From the IMG/VR virus record IMGVR_UViG_3300010151_000009, positions 20,512 to 84,511 of that record: DNA of 64,000 bases; one strand, given 5' to 3'. Of the stretch, positions 41,223 to 49,573 are shown one piece after another; position 1 is the first letter of the stretch, and every line of letters begins with the position of its first letter. The position numbers and the translations under genes are program-made. The DNA comes from a virus. The notes beneath the pieces are model-generated. The model had not been told where the DNA came from. It did not search any database and saw only the letters and a list, made by a program, of their open reading frames with translations.

Positions 41223-41771
41223 CTAAGATTCTTTTTTAGTTAATCCTCCAGTATAGATATTTTTTAATCTACTATAGTTTTCTTTAAATTCTGTAGTTAT
41301 TATTTTTGCTTTAATTTTATAAGATGGAGCATATAAATATTTTAAAACTGCTAATCTGTGATTTCCATCTTGACATCTCCAAGGGAATTCATCTAGTGAA
41401 GGCGAGCCTTGAGTTACCTTATGTCTTTTTGCAATAAGAAGACTATTAACAATCCCGTCTGTTTCAATACTTTTTTTCATTTTAGTCCAATTATAATTAG
41501 TTACTTTACCCCATTGGTTCCAATCTGTATAGTCTACGACATCATCAAAAGTACCTTTAACGTCTCCAATAGTTACATAGATATAAGGTAATTTAGCATA
41601 TTCTATTTTCACAAAGATATATAATATAGTCTTTAAAATTCCAGAAGGAATAAAAAATTCATGCCAAAATTTTATATAAGCAAACATTCCATATCGTACT
41701 ACATAATTTCGTTGTTCTTTATTATAATGTGTAAAAACAATTCTAAATTTATTTAGGAATTTTCTTATCAT
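41223..41771 (-). CDS. ParB/Srx-like domain protein (paralog A)
   Basis: KMKKSIETDGIVNSLLI...QDGNHRLAVLK. Confidence 0.65.
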   Translation of the reverse strand: MIRKFLNKFRIVFTHYNKEQRNYVVRYGMFAYIKFWHEFFIPSGILKTILYIFVKIEYAKLPYIYVTIGDVKGTFDDVVDYTDWNQWGKVTNYNWTKMKKSIETDGIVNSLLIAKRHKVTQGSPSLDEFPWRCQDGNHRLAVLKYLYAPSYKIKAKIITTEFKENYSRLKNIYTGGLTKKES

Positions 41772-41976
41772 TTTTCTTTTTTAAATGTTTTAATCTACCT
41801 GTTTTAACTGAAAACTTACCAAAATATGGAAGTCTAATACCATCAAAATTTCCTTGTTTCATAATATCTGTTATAAATTTAAATTGATAATTTACAACCT
41901 TAGATACTGTTTGTAAAGGTAAATTATACTTATTAGCTAATTTATATATTATAAATTGCTTATCAATCATCGACAC
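41749..41976 (-). CDS. HU/IHF-like DNA-binding protein
   Basis: LANKYNLP...V...QFKFI....GIRLPYFGKFSVK. Confidence 0.75.
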   Translation of the reverse strand: MSMIDKQFIIYKLANKYNLPLQTVSKVVNYQFKFITDIMKQGNFDGIRLPYFGKFSVKTGRLKHLKKKNDKKIPK

Positions 41977-42457
41977 AGATACAATCTTTTCTTACCCACC
42001 ATTGTGTATCTTTTCCATCCACAGAAGGTTTCAATTCTATCTTTGGAAATACAAAACATAATACTTTATAATCAGAGGGTAAAACTTTTTTAGCTGCTGC
42101 TATTCTATGTAATCCATCTATTATTCTTAATCCATCATCACAATAACCTGTAATTGTATGTTTGATATTAGATGATTTACATAAATGAATAGGCATTACT
42201 ACTCCTTGTTTTTTAATATCTTGTTCTAATTTATCCCAATTATAATTACTATGTCTTCTTGTTACTTTAAATGCACTTAATGGTAATTTTTTAATCTTCA
42301 TTGTTTTCCATTTAAGATTAAAATCTAACCATAATATTCTATACCATTTAAACCAAAAGAATCTTTCATCTTGCTCTATATTATAATAATTTTGAGCTTT
42401 TGTTCTATATGGTTTTCTAAATAGCTCTCTAATTATCCTCAGTATTCGCATCATCAA
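41963..42457 (-). CDS. ParB/Srx-like domain protein (paralog B)
   Basis: KLEQDIKKQGVVMPIHL...IIDGLHRIAAAK. Confidence 0.7.
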   Translation of the reverse strand: MMMRILRIIRELFRKPYRTKAQNYYNIEQDERFFWFKWYRILWLDFNLKWKTMKIKKLPLSAFKVTRRHSNYNWDKLEQDIKKQGVVMPIHLCKSSNIKHTITGYCDDGLRIIDGLHRIAAAKKVLPSDYKVLCFVFPKIELKPSVDGKDTQWWVRKDCICVDD

Positions 42458-43214
42458 TTCTTTTCCAGTCCTTTGTACTTATATGTTTTGGGAAATTACC
42501 ATACCCATCTGCTCTTCGAGGATCTTTTTCAACCCACTCTTTATACTCTTGACTCTGTTTGTGTATCTCTTTAGCTTTATTTTCTTGGGCTGTCTTTTGT
42601 TGCGCTGCTAACCATTTTTCCCCATCAGGTGTTTTTAACCATTCCGCTCTTTTTACTCTAGCTTCTTCATGCTTTGCTTTTTCTTGTTCTGTTTTTGGGG
42701 TTGGATCTTGTTTTGCCCATCGGGTAGGATCATCTGGACAAGTAGTTGTTCTCCATCTAGCTTTAGTTTCTAACATACACCCACAAAGGCCACATCTCAT
42801 TTTTTCTCTCATTAAATGAGGACAAGCATCACATGCTGCTAAACGAGCTTCATAATCTTCTTGTGATACATTTGGAGCTCCTTCTGCAACATATTTAGCT
42901 ACTTCTTTACTAAAGTTTTTAGCCATTTGCCACACACTTGGGGGTTTAATAACTCCTTTTTCTTCAGGATATTCTCCGTCTTTATAATATTCTTCTCCTA
43001 CTTCTCCATCTGTTGCATATGTTGCACCCCCTATATTAACTCTTGTTATACCATCCTCACCTTTTTGTACATCGGCTAATTTGGATTTATCCATACTTTC
43101 CTTAGTAATAGGTTCAAAATTATGAATAACTTTATTTGTTAAATCATATTTTTTTCCTTTTAATAGTTGATCCATAAAATCATCTCCAGGGTTTTTATCT
43201 TTTTTCTTACTCAT
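42429..43214 (-). CDS. Cys-cluster (Zn-binding, DUF6171-like) protein
   Basis: RLAACDACPHL...RCGLCGCML..KA....TCP....W. Confidence 0.65.
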   Translation of the reverse strand: MSKKKDKNPGDDFMDQLLKGKKYDLTNKVIHNFEPITKESMDKSKLADVQKGEDGITRVNIGGATYATDGEVGEEYYKDGEYPEEKGVIKPPSVWQMAKNFSKEVAKYVAEGAPNVSQEDYEARLAACDACPHLMREKMRCGLCGCMLETKARWRTTTCPDDPTRWAKQDPTPKTEQEKAKHEEARVKRAEWLKTPDGEKWLAAQQKTAQENKAKEIHKQSQEYKEWVEKDPRRADGYGNFPKHISTKDWKRIDDANTEDN

Positions 43215-43347
43215 AATAATTTGTTTTTATATTTATTAAATTTCCATTTGGATCTTGTATTATTATTATTTCATATTCTTCAACATCAAAAATGGAAATA
43301 ACTAAATGATCAAATATACTACTTTTTATCGATCGTGACTTCGACAT
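43207..43347 (-). CDS. Small hypothetical protein (46 aa)
   Basis: Translated by hand: MSKSRSIKSSIFDHLVISIFDVEEYEIIIIQDPNGNLINIKTNYYE; fills the gap and overlaps both neighbours. Confidence 0.45.
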   Translation of the reverse strand: MSKSRSIKSSIFDHLVISIFDVEEYEIIIIQDPNGNLINIKTNYYE

Positions 43348-43651
43348 AATCTGTTTCTGGATCTAAAAAAGGATTAAGAATATAATAATTATTTCGTTTT
43401 AATATTACACCTTTATCTTTTAATCTTTTCACATAGTTATTAAGGGTATTATAATCCTTAAGTCCTACTACTGCAGCTACATCTTTTTTATTACCTACAG
43501 AGCAAAAATTAACATCATCTCTTATTGCTTGTATGTCTATGAATGCAGATATTATCTGCAATTCTTTATTAGTTAAATCAAATATCCCATTCCATATCTG
43601 TAGATATTTATAGGTACTATCTATATTAACTGTTATTTTCTTTTTTATCAT
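43319..43651 (-). CDS. Winged-helix protein (RepL/MarR-like)
   Basis: LTNKELQII...KKDVAAVVGL..YNTLNNYVKRLKDKGVI.....YILNP. Confidence 0.65.
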   Translation of the reverse strand: MIKKKITVNIDSTYKYLQIWNGIFDLTNKELQIISAFIDIQAIRDDVNFCSVGNKKDVAAVVGLKDYNTLNNYVKRLKDKGVILKRNNYYILNPFLDPETDYVEVTIDKK

Positions 43652-43847
43652 CTTCTAAAATTTTTATCAAAGCATTTTGATTGTGTAAGGGTCTAGCGTT
43701 TTTCCCTTTATGTTTGTTTTCTGCATAATACTCTGATGGTTTATATATTTGCTTTACTTCTCTAATTTTCCCTTTAGGGGTAAATTTAACTATCCATCTT
43801 GTGTCTAACGGTAAAATTGTACGTTTTATATGACTTAAATATCCCAT
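43626..43847 (-). CDS. Hypothetical protein
   Basis: 73-aa ORF coupled to its neighbours. Confidence 0.55.
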   Translation of the reverse strand: MGYLSHIKRTILPLDTRWIVKFTPKGKIREVKQIYKPSEYYAENKHKGKNARPLHNQNALIKILEDDKKENNS

Positions 43848-44087
43848 TTAATCTTCTTTAAATTTTATTAAAGCTCTACCATTCTCTATAATTATTTCTG
43901 CTGTTGTAGATTGTCTATTAAACTCATCTATGTAAGCCTTCACATCATCTCTAAGACATATATAAGATAAAAAGACTTGCAGTTCTTTAGCAGCTCTTTT
44001 AGTTCTTTCTACAACATTATCTGCGCGTTCTTTCACATCTAGAAGCGCCTGAAAATCCTCTATAGTAATGGATACTGTTCCTTTCAT
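43848..44087 (-). CDS. Hypothetical protein
   Basis: 79-aa ORF coupled to its neighbours. Confidence 0.6.
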   Translation of the reverse strand: MKGTVSITIEDFQALLDVKERADNVVERTKRAAKELQVFLSYICLRDDVKAYIDEFNRQSTTAEIIIENGRALIKFKED

Positions 44088-44088
44088 T

Positions 44089-44625
44089 TTAAGTATATTT
44101 AAAATATTTTATCTCATTTTTATATTTGTCCTTAACTATATTGAATAATTTAGGGGTATAACATTCTTTAATTTTAAGACTACATTCACCAGTAGATCCC
44201 TGTATAGGGAGTATAAATTTAGAAATATCTACCTCTTCACAAAAAGTATTAAAATCTTGTTGTAAATTATCAAAATTAATATACTTATTAACAATAACTT
44301 TATTGTCTATACTGAAATAATCAGTTAAAAGATCTTTGTCCATGCGATCAATATCTGTTCGATTAGTAATAAACTCTTCAAAAGACATTCCTTTATATTC
44401 ACGCTTAAAGAAACACCAATATGATAATAATCTTGACCATGGATTTCTTATAACCCCAAATATTTTATAATTAGAAAATTTTCCCTTCAAATGTTTTTTA
44501 TAAACAGCTATTGAACGATGATTACCTAAATGGTCTGCTAAATACTTATCTAATGCAAGTCTAAGAGTATTAGAAGCAGTTCTAGGAGGAGTTATTAAAA
44601 TAAATTTCTTTTTGTGACTAATCAT
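44089..44625 (-). CDS. Sulfotransferase family 2-like protein
   Basis: MISHKKKFILITPPRTASNT (5'-PSB loop) and VIRNPWSRLLSYW (3'-PB motif), NFDNLQQDF, C-terminal Y..EIKYFKY. Confidence 0.8.
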   Translation of the reverse strand: MISHKKKFILITPPRTASNTLRLALDKYLADHLGNHRSIAVYKKHLKGKFSNYKIFGVIRNPWSRLLSYWCFFKREYKGMSFEEFITNRTDIDRMDKDLLTDYFSIDNKVIVNKYINFDNLQQDFNTFCEEVDISKFILPIQGSTGECSLKIKECYTPKLFNIVKDKYKNEIKYFKYT

Positions 44626-44993
44626 TATCCTCTTTGTTTCATTTGTTTTATCTTCTGACGCATTTTATGGGGCATCTCTGGAGCATTGGGTTTTCCATCT
44701 TCACCACTATGATGTTTTTTCCCTTTCCATTTACCTAGTAATTGATGTTCACCTACTAATAAGTATTTTTTACCATCAATTTCTGTTTTAATAGCCTCTG
44801 TTCTTGGGTCTACCATTACCGTATCTCCAGTCTTAGTGAAAGTACAGTCTTTTCCAATGGCTATTACTTGTAATATATTAGATCGTGCAGCATTTGCTGC
44901 AGCTGTTGTCTCATCTAATATGATCCCTGATTCAGTTTCGTTAATTGTTGGGTCTGGAAGGACAACCCACGATCCATTTGGTTTGAATTTCAT
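44625..44993 (-). CDS. groES: Co-chaperonin GroES-like protein
   Basis: MKFKPNGSWVVL...TESGIIL...VIAIG....KTGDTV....IDGKKYLLVGEHQLLG; carries a basic C-terminal extension. Confidence 0.82.
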   Translation of the reverse strand: MKFKPNGSWVVLPDPTINETESGIILDETTAAANAARSNILQVIAIGKDCTFTKTGDTVMVDPRTEAIKTEIDGKKYLLVGEHQLLGKWKGKKHHSGEDGKPNAPEMPHKMRQKIKQMKQRG

Positions 44994-45014
44994 AATCTAT
45001 ATATTTGTTTGGTA

Positions 45015-45047
45015 CAAAGATATAAATTATTTTTTTATAAATCCAAA
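45015..45047 (-). promoter_or_regulatory. Bacteroidota promoter (-33 TTTG, -7 TATCTTTG) for the groES operon
   Basis: TTTG at 45047-45044, 21-nt spacer, TAnnTTTG at 45022-45015. Confidence 0.65.
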
Positions 45048-45069
45048 TATTATGACGAAAAGTTTATTA

Positions 45070-45326
45070 ACAGTGAGAATTGGATATAACTTTCCCCCTT
45101 GATTTTCTATTTCAAACTTGGATTTCACTCTAACAGTGCTCCTTTTTAAGGGACCCAAGGATAGTAAGACTGATGTTAATTCATCGCACATACCTATGTG
45201 CATTCTACCCTAATTAGAGCTTATACGCTCGTTCTTTTGCAACTACCGGAGAAAACTCTATCTCTATTTGAGACTACAATCCGATGTCTTTTCCCATTTT
45301 TGATTACCGTGGGATGATAATGTTGC
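45070..45326 (-). ncRNA. Candidate structured non-coding RNA (~255 nt)
   Basis: No ORF on the minus strand, GC-richer than flanks, about 10 nested helices with G-U pairs valid only on the minus strand, and an upstream promoter box. Confidence 0.6.
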
Positions 45327-45330
45327 GGTG

Positions 45331-45360
45331 CAAAAATAATAAAAATACTTTAAAAACAAA
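45331..45360 (-). promoter_or_regulatory. Bacteroidota promoter (-33 TTTG, -7 TATTTTTG) driving the candidate ncRNA
   Basis: TTTG at 45360-45357, 18-nt spacer, TAnnTTTG at 45338-45331. Confidence 0.6.
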
Positions 45361-45398
45361 TTATTTCTAAAGTATTTTTACTATTTAAGTGTTTATTT

Positions 45399-45623
45399 TT
45401 ATTTCTGATCTACAAATTTAAATAAAATTAACAATGCTACTAAGCCTACAAAGCCGTTCTCGCCAAAGCAGCTAATAACATCCATTACATTAGCTATTAC
45501 ACTAATTCCAAATACTCCTCCCCCAAAAACAATTTCTGCCATTACTCCAAATGATACCATCACAAGAAATAAGTTAGTCATGTTCTTAAAAAAGTCTGTT
45601 GCATAATTAAATACTGTTTCCAT
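45399..45623 (-). CDS. Small two-TM membrane protein
   Basis: 74 aa, hydrophobic (LVMVSFGVMAEIVFGG; GFVGLVALLILF); preceded by its own TAnnTTTG box at 45654-45661. Confidence 0.65.
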   Translation of the reverse strand: METVFNYATDFFKNMTNLFLVMVSFGVMAEIVFGGGVFGISVIANVMDVISCFGENGFVGLVALLILFKFVDQK

Positions 45624-45810
45624 AAATAAAATAATTTTTAAAGGTTAAGTGGGCAAAAATACAAAAAAAATCTGACAAAAAAATTTTTTTAGGGGAAATC
45701 TGTGAACGTACGGGGGTACTAGGAACAACACCCCACCAAGTAATTAGGGTTTCGAGTACTCCACCCTATTTCATATTCAAAGAATATTAACCAATTTTAT
45801 ACATACAATC

Positions 45811-46161
45811 ATGAGAAAATCTAGTAAACAAAAAGTAGACTATGTAGCGCTTCGTAAGCCCTACATCAACAAGAGATGTCTTGTTGAATCTTGTACCAAA
45901 CATCGTAATCATTCTGATAACAATGGCTACACCTTAACCCTTAGTGTCGAGGGACACGAAGAGTTGATAGAAAATGTCTTTTCCTTTAGCAAGAAAAAGA
46001 AAGGCGATTTCGTTAAGTTTGATCCTCAAACTGCCTCAATCGTTGGCACAACTTCTATTGCTTCGCAAAAGGCGTTGCACCGTGAAACCAAAGGATTATC
46101 ATCCTGTATGGTTTCTGTCGCAACATTAGCAAATGTTACTCCAAAAGACAACCCTAAATAG
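45811..46161 (+). CDS. First gene of the plus arm, hypothetical early protein
   Basis: 116-aa ORF with an A/C-rich leader, followed by a terminator. Confidence 0.6.
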   Translation: MRKSSKQKVDYVALRKPYINKRCLVESCTKHRNHSDNNGYTLTLSVEGHEELIENVFSFSKKKKGDFVKFDPQTASIVGTTSIASQKALHRETKGLSSCMVSVATLANVTPKDNPK

Positions 46162-46175
46162 GGTTGTTTTTTTTT
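46148..46175 (+). terminator. Rho-independent terminator
   Basis: acaacccta-aa-tagggttgt followed by a T-run. Confidence 0.8.
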
Positions 46176-46464
46176 ATTATAGCACAACACCTTAAACTAA
46201 TATCGGTTTAACATGGTTGTGTGTTGAATAAGCCTGAGAGTTTGTAGTTTGTATTCGTATGAACTACAGCTCTCACGTTTATTTCAGCCTCTAAATGTTA
46301 AACAAGTAATACGACATATTACATACTATAACATAAATGAGTAGTTTGATGTAAAATCTAGGTCGTAAGAATAACAACTTAGGTATAGGACGCATACTCT
46401 TATTAACCACTGACCTGTTATCGCTCATTTTATTTATATCCAAAACAATTAAACTCAACAAACA

Positions 46465-46620
46465 ATGAATGAATTAACAAAGCATCTCATTAAAGAGATA
46501 AAACAACGTAATAAGGATAAACAATGGATAAAAGACAATTTCATAACCGTTGATGAATTCTTAAAACCATATAAACTAAAAGAGAAAACTAACCAAAAAA
46601 TGAAAAGATATGGCACATAG
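46465..46620 (+). CDS. Small hypothetical protein (51 aa)
   Basis: Translated by hand: MNELTKHLIKEIKQRNKDKQWIKDNFITVDEFLKPYKLKEKTNQKMKRYGT; A-rich leader; overlaps the next ORF. Confidence 0.5.
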   Translation: MNELTKHLIKEIKQRNKDKQWIKDNFITVDEFLKPYKLKEKTNQKMKRYGT

Positions 46621-46825
46621 ATTTAACTTTAGTAATTGGTATCCAAAATCATTTAATTATGATCCAATGTTATTAGGACACAACACTTATCTGTTACATC
46701 TAGGGTATTTAATAGCTGAAAAGGATAGAACTCAATTTAATAAGAATGTACTTATGCAAGGACATAATTATAACAAACGAGAAATCAATTCCTTTTGGCT
46801 AACTGTTGAAACAATGTCAAAATAA
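46610..46825 (+). CDS. Hypothetical protein
   Basis: 71-aa ORF in the early region. Confidence 0.5.
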   Translation: MAHRFNFSNWYPKSFNYDPMLLGHNTYLLHLGYLIAEKDRTQFNKNVLMQGHNYNKREINSFWLTVETMSK

Positions 46826-46875
46826 ACTATTTAAGTGAGCATTATTATCATAACCATCATTTAATGCACACCAAT

Positions 46876-46912
46876 AAAAGGACTATCATTTAAATATGAT
46901 AGTTCTTTTTTT
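46876..46912 (+). terminator. Rho-independent terminator
   Basis: aaaaggactatcat-ttaaat-atgatagttctttt followed by a T-run. Confidence 0.7.
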
Positions 46913-46962
46913 CACAACAATCAAACACATTAATCATTTAAAACATTTAATAAAACACAATC

Positions 46963-47898
46963 ATGGAAGAAATTACAGTCAACCTCAACACCAACATTCA
47001 AGATTTAATTGCTGCACAAGTAAATAAAATCTTAAGCAAAAGAGCAGATAAATTAATAGGTCAACCTTTACATAAAATGGTAAAAGATGAACTAAATAAA
47101 ATTAAACCTACTAAAATAGTTGTTCCAGATGTAGGAGTAACTGCAACTATAAAAGATAGATTACATAAATCTTTTAAGTCTACATTATTTATATCTAAAA
47201 TATCTAGACAATGTATGTTAATTGGTCCAGCAGGAACAGGTAAAACTACATTAGCATCACAAGTTGCATATGCATTAAAATTACCATTTGCTGCAATATC
47301 TTGTTCAGCAGGTATGAGTGAAGCACATTTAACAGGTAGAATGTTATTTAATGGAGAGTATGTACAATCAGAATTTGTAGATATCTATGAAAATGGAGGA
47401 GTATTTCTCTTTGATGAAATAGATGCTGCTGATCCTAATACATTACTTGTTATTAATAGTGCATTAGCAAATGGATATATGAATTTAGTTAATCGTCCAA
47501 AGAAACCAAAAGCAATTAGACACAAGAATACAATTATAATTGTTAGTGGTAATACATATGGACAAGGTTCTAATCAATATCATGGTAGAAACTATCTTGA
47601 TGCTGCATTTTTAGACAGATTTGCAGTTACAAAAATAGAAGTAAACTATGATGAAGATTTAGAAAGAGAACTATGTTCTGAAAATGAAGAACAATTTCAA
47701 TTAATGAATGAATTTCACCAAATAAGAAAAAGAGTGAAAAGATATGAATTAAATAGAATTGTATCAACAAGAGTTATCGTTGAATCTGTTAGACAATTAA
47801 AAGCAGGTATGAGTCAATATGAAATCTTAAATAGATTTGTAGCAGGATGGACAGAAGATGAAATCAAGAAAGCTAATGTAAATCTTACACAAATATGA
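46963..47898 (+). CDS. MoxR/CbbQ/CobS-like AAA+ ATPase
   Basis: GPAGTGKT (Walker A), FLFDEIDAA (Walker B), SGNTYG, GRNYLDAAFLDRF, STR. Confidence 0.85.
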   Translation: MEEITVNLNTNIQDLIAAQVNKILSKRADKLIGQPLHKMVKDELNKIKPTKIVVPDVGVTATIKDRLHKSFKSTLFISKISRQCMLIGPAGTGKTTLASQVAYALKLPFAAISCSAGMSEAHLTGRMLFNGEYVQSEFVDIYENGGVFLFDEIDAADPNTLLVINSALANGYMNLVNRPKKPKAIRHKNTIIIVSGNTYGQGSNQYHGRNYLDAAFLDRFAVTKIEVNYDEDLERELCSENEEQFQLMNEFHQIRKRVKRYELNRIVSTRVIVESVRQLKAGMSQYEILNRFVAGWTEDEIKKANVNLTQI

Positions 47899-48815
47899 AC
47901 ATACAAGACTTAAGAGAACAACGATATAATACTTGTGATAAACCTGATGGTTTAAAATTTCATAATTATTTATGTAAAAACCAAGAACATGGTAAAAGAT
48001 TAAATGAATTCATCATATTTCAAAGTGTTGAACATTTAATGACTATAGATGATGTAGATCCTGATGGATTGTATTTTAGATATGATAAAGAGAAAAACAA
48101 AAGAGATAATTGGACTTTTGGAAAAACATTAAAATCTCATTATAATACTAAACTTCAATTAGAAAGAGGATTACCATCTAAACATCAAGAAATACTATTA
48201 CAAAATATCAGAACTAAATTAACAGCAATTAAAAATGTTCAAGACAATTTAAGATTATCAACCTTAAAAAGATCAAGAACTAAATTTGATACATCTGGTA
48301 ATGAATTAGATATTAATAGATTGATGTGTGGTTCACCTGAACATTGGTCACAACCAGATAGAAGAAAAGTAGATGATGCAGTTAAATTACATTATCACTT
48401 TGGTCTTGCTTGTGGAAATGATGAAGAAGAATTTGCAAAATTAGCATCATTAACCATAGTTGCAACAGAACTACTACAAAGAATGGGTAAAAGCGTAGAA
48501 ATTATAGCAATACATGCTCTAGAAAGAAGAAATACTTATAGAGAAGGTGTTATATTTACTATTAAAAAAGCTGATGAACCATTAAATGTAACAAAATTAG
48601 CATCTTTAGGATGTCCTGGATTACTAAGACATTACGCATTTAAAGCCATTGCTAATTGTATTGAAGACAATAAAGATGATCAAGGAAATGCCGTTAAACT
48701 ATCAGAATATGATAGAAAACATTTGGGAATCAATTATATGATTGAGAAACAATGGTTAGATGGTAAAGAAAAAACATTCCTTGAAGATTTATTCAAAAAA
48801 GAGACGAGTAAGTAA
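47895..48815 (+). CDS. vWA/CobT-like partner of the AAA+ ATPase
   Basis: GNELDINRLMCGSPEHW, then a beta-alpha vWA-like pattern (ELLQRMGKSVEI, IKKADEPLN, PGLLRH); ATGA overlap with the AAA gene. Confidence 0.6.
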   Translation: MNIQDLREQRYNTCDKPDGLKFHNYLCKNQEHGKRLNEFIIFQSVEHLMTIDDVDPDGLYFRYDKEKNKRDNWTFGKTLKSHYNTKLQLERGLPSKHQEILLQNIRTKLTAIKNVQDNLRLSTLKRSRTKFDTSGNELDINRLMCGSPEHWSQPDRRKVDDAVKLHYHFGLACGNDEEEFAKLASLTIVATELLQRMGKSVEIIAIHALERRNTYREGVIFTIKKADEPLNVTKLASLGCPGLLRHYAFKAIANCIEDNKDDQGNAVKLSEYDRKHLGINYMIEKQWLDGKEKTFLEDLFKKETSK

Positions 48816-48834
48816 TTTACTCGTTTCTTTATTT
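48798..48834 (+). terminator. Hairpin/terminator after the vWA-like gene
   Basis: aaagagacgagtaa-gtaat-ttactcgtttcttt. Confidence 0.65.
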
Positions 48835-48905
48835 CTATTTTTGGAAACATAATATAAGAAGTATAACTTAAATAACTTACAACACAACAACTAACACACA
48901 CAATT

Positions 48906-49103
48906 ATGATATACACAGTAAAAGGATTACACATAAATGTAACTCCAAACACACCCGAAGATCAATTAATAGTATTTAAAATAGCTTGTGAATTAGCTAT
49001 TAAAGAAGAAACTAGTATAAATAAAAAAGAGTTTCTACAATGGATACTTAGTAAAATACAAGAACAATTAAATCAATCAATAATTTTAAACACAAAATCA
49101 TGA
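48906..49103 (+). CDS. Hypothetical protein
   Basis: 65-aa ORF with an A/C-rich leader. Confidence 0.5.
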   Translation: MIYTVKGLHINVTPNTPEDQLIVFKIACELAIKEETSINKKEFLQWILSKIQEQLNQSIILNTKS

Positions 49104-49573
49104 CAAAAACAGAAAAACAATTCAAAGAGTTGTACAACCAAGCTTTAGGAGGATTTAAACACGGAGAAGACAGATTAGATAAATGCTGTGGACTTAGTGA
49201 CGATTTTATAATTAAAGCTGAAAAACATTTAAAAAGAGTTCTCAAATCTAAACAAAAGGAAAAAGACGAACCAATTGAAGGAGTCAAATCAGAATTATAC
49301 CAAGAAGTTCTATATGAATTAGAACCTGAAAATATGATGGAAATATTCTTCATTGGTCATATTCTTGGATGTTTTGAAGCCTGGCAATCTAGACACGCAG
49401 GAAAAGATGATGGATTAGCTATAAATCGTCATAAACAAAGACTATTAGGATTAGCTGTTAAAGCACACTACGCAACTCTAGATATTGCTTTAGAAAAAGG
49501 AGACAACAAGAGAGCTGAAGAGCTACACGAAAATTTTAGGAGACTTTTAGAAAATACTCTTATAGAAAACTAA
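49100..49573 (+). CDS. Hypothetical protein (paralog of 49722..50060)
   Basis: Shares QFKELY..L and SEL.QE.LYE.EP.N..EI...G...G with the downstream gene. Confidence 0.65.
   Translation: MTKTEKQFKELYNQALGGFKHGEDRLDKCCGLSDDFIIKAEKHLKRVLKSKQKEKDEPIEGVKSELYQEVLYELEPENMMEIFFIGHILGCFEAWQSRHAGKDDGLAINRHKQRLLGLAVKAHYATLDIALEKGDNKRAEELHENFRRLLENTLIEN

Noticed and set aside
44836-45102. 88-aa plus-strand ORF over groES and its promoter
   Set aside because: Antisense to groES with a non-ATG start; it does not account for the structured region at 45070-45326.
45165-45260. Hammerhead ribozyme (ctgatg ... gaaa on the plus strand)
   Set aside because: The core reads CUGAUGU, not CUGANGA; the stems do not fit, and G-U pairs favour the minus strand.
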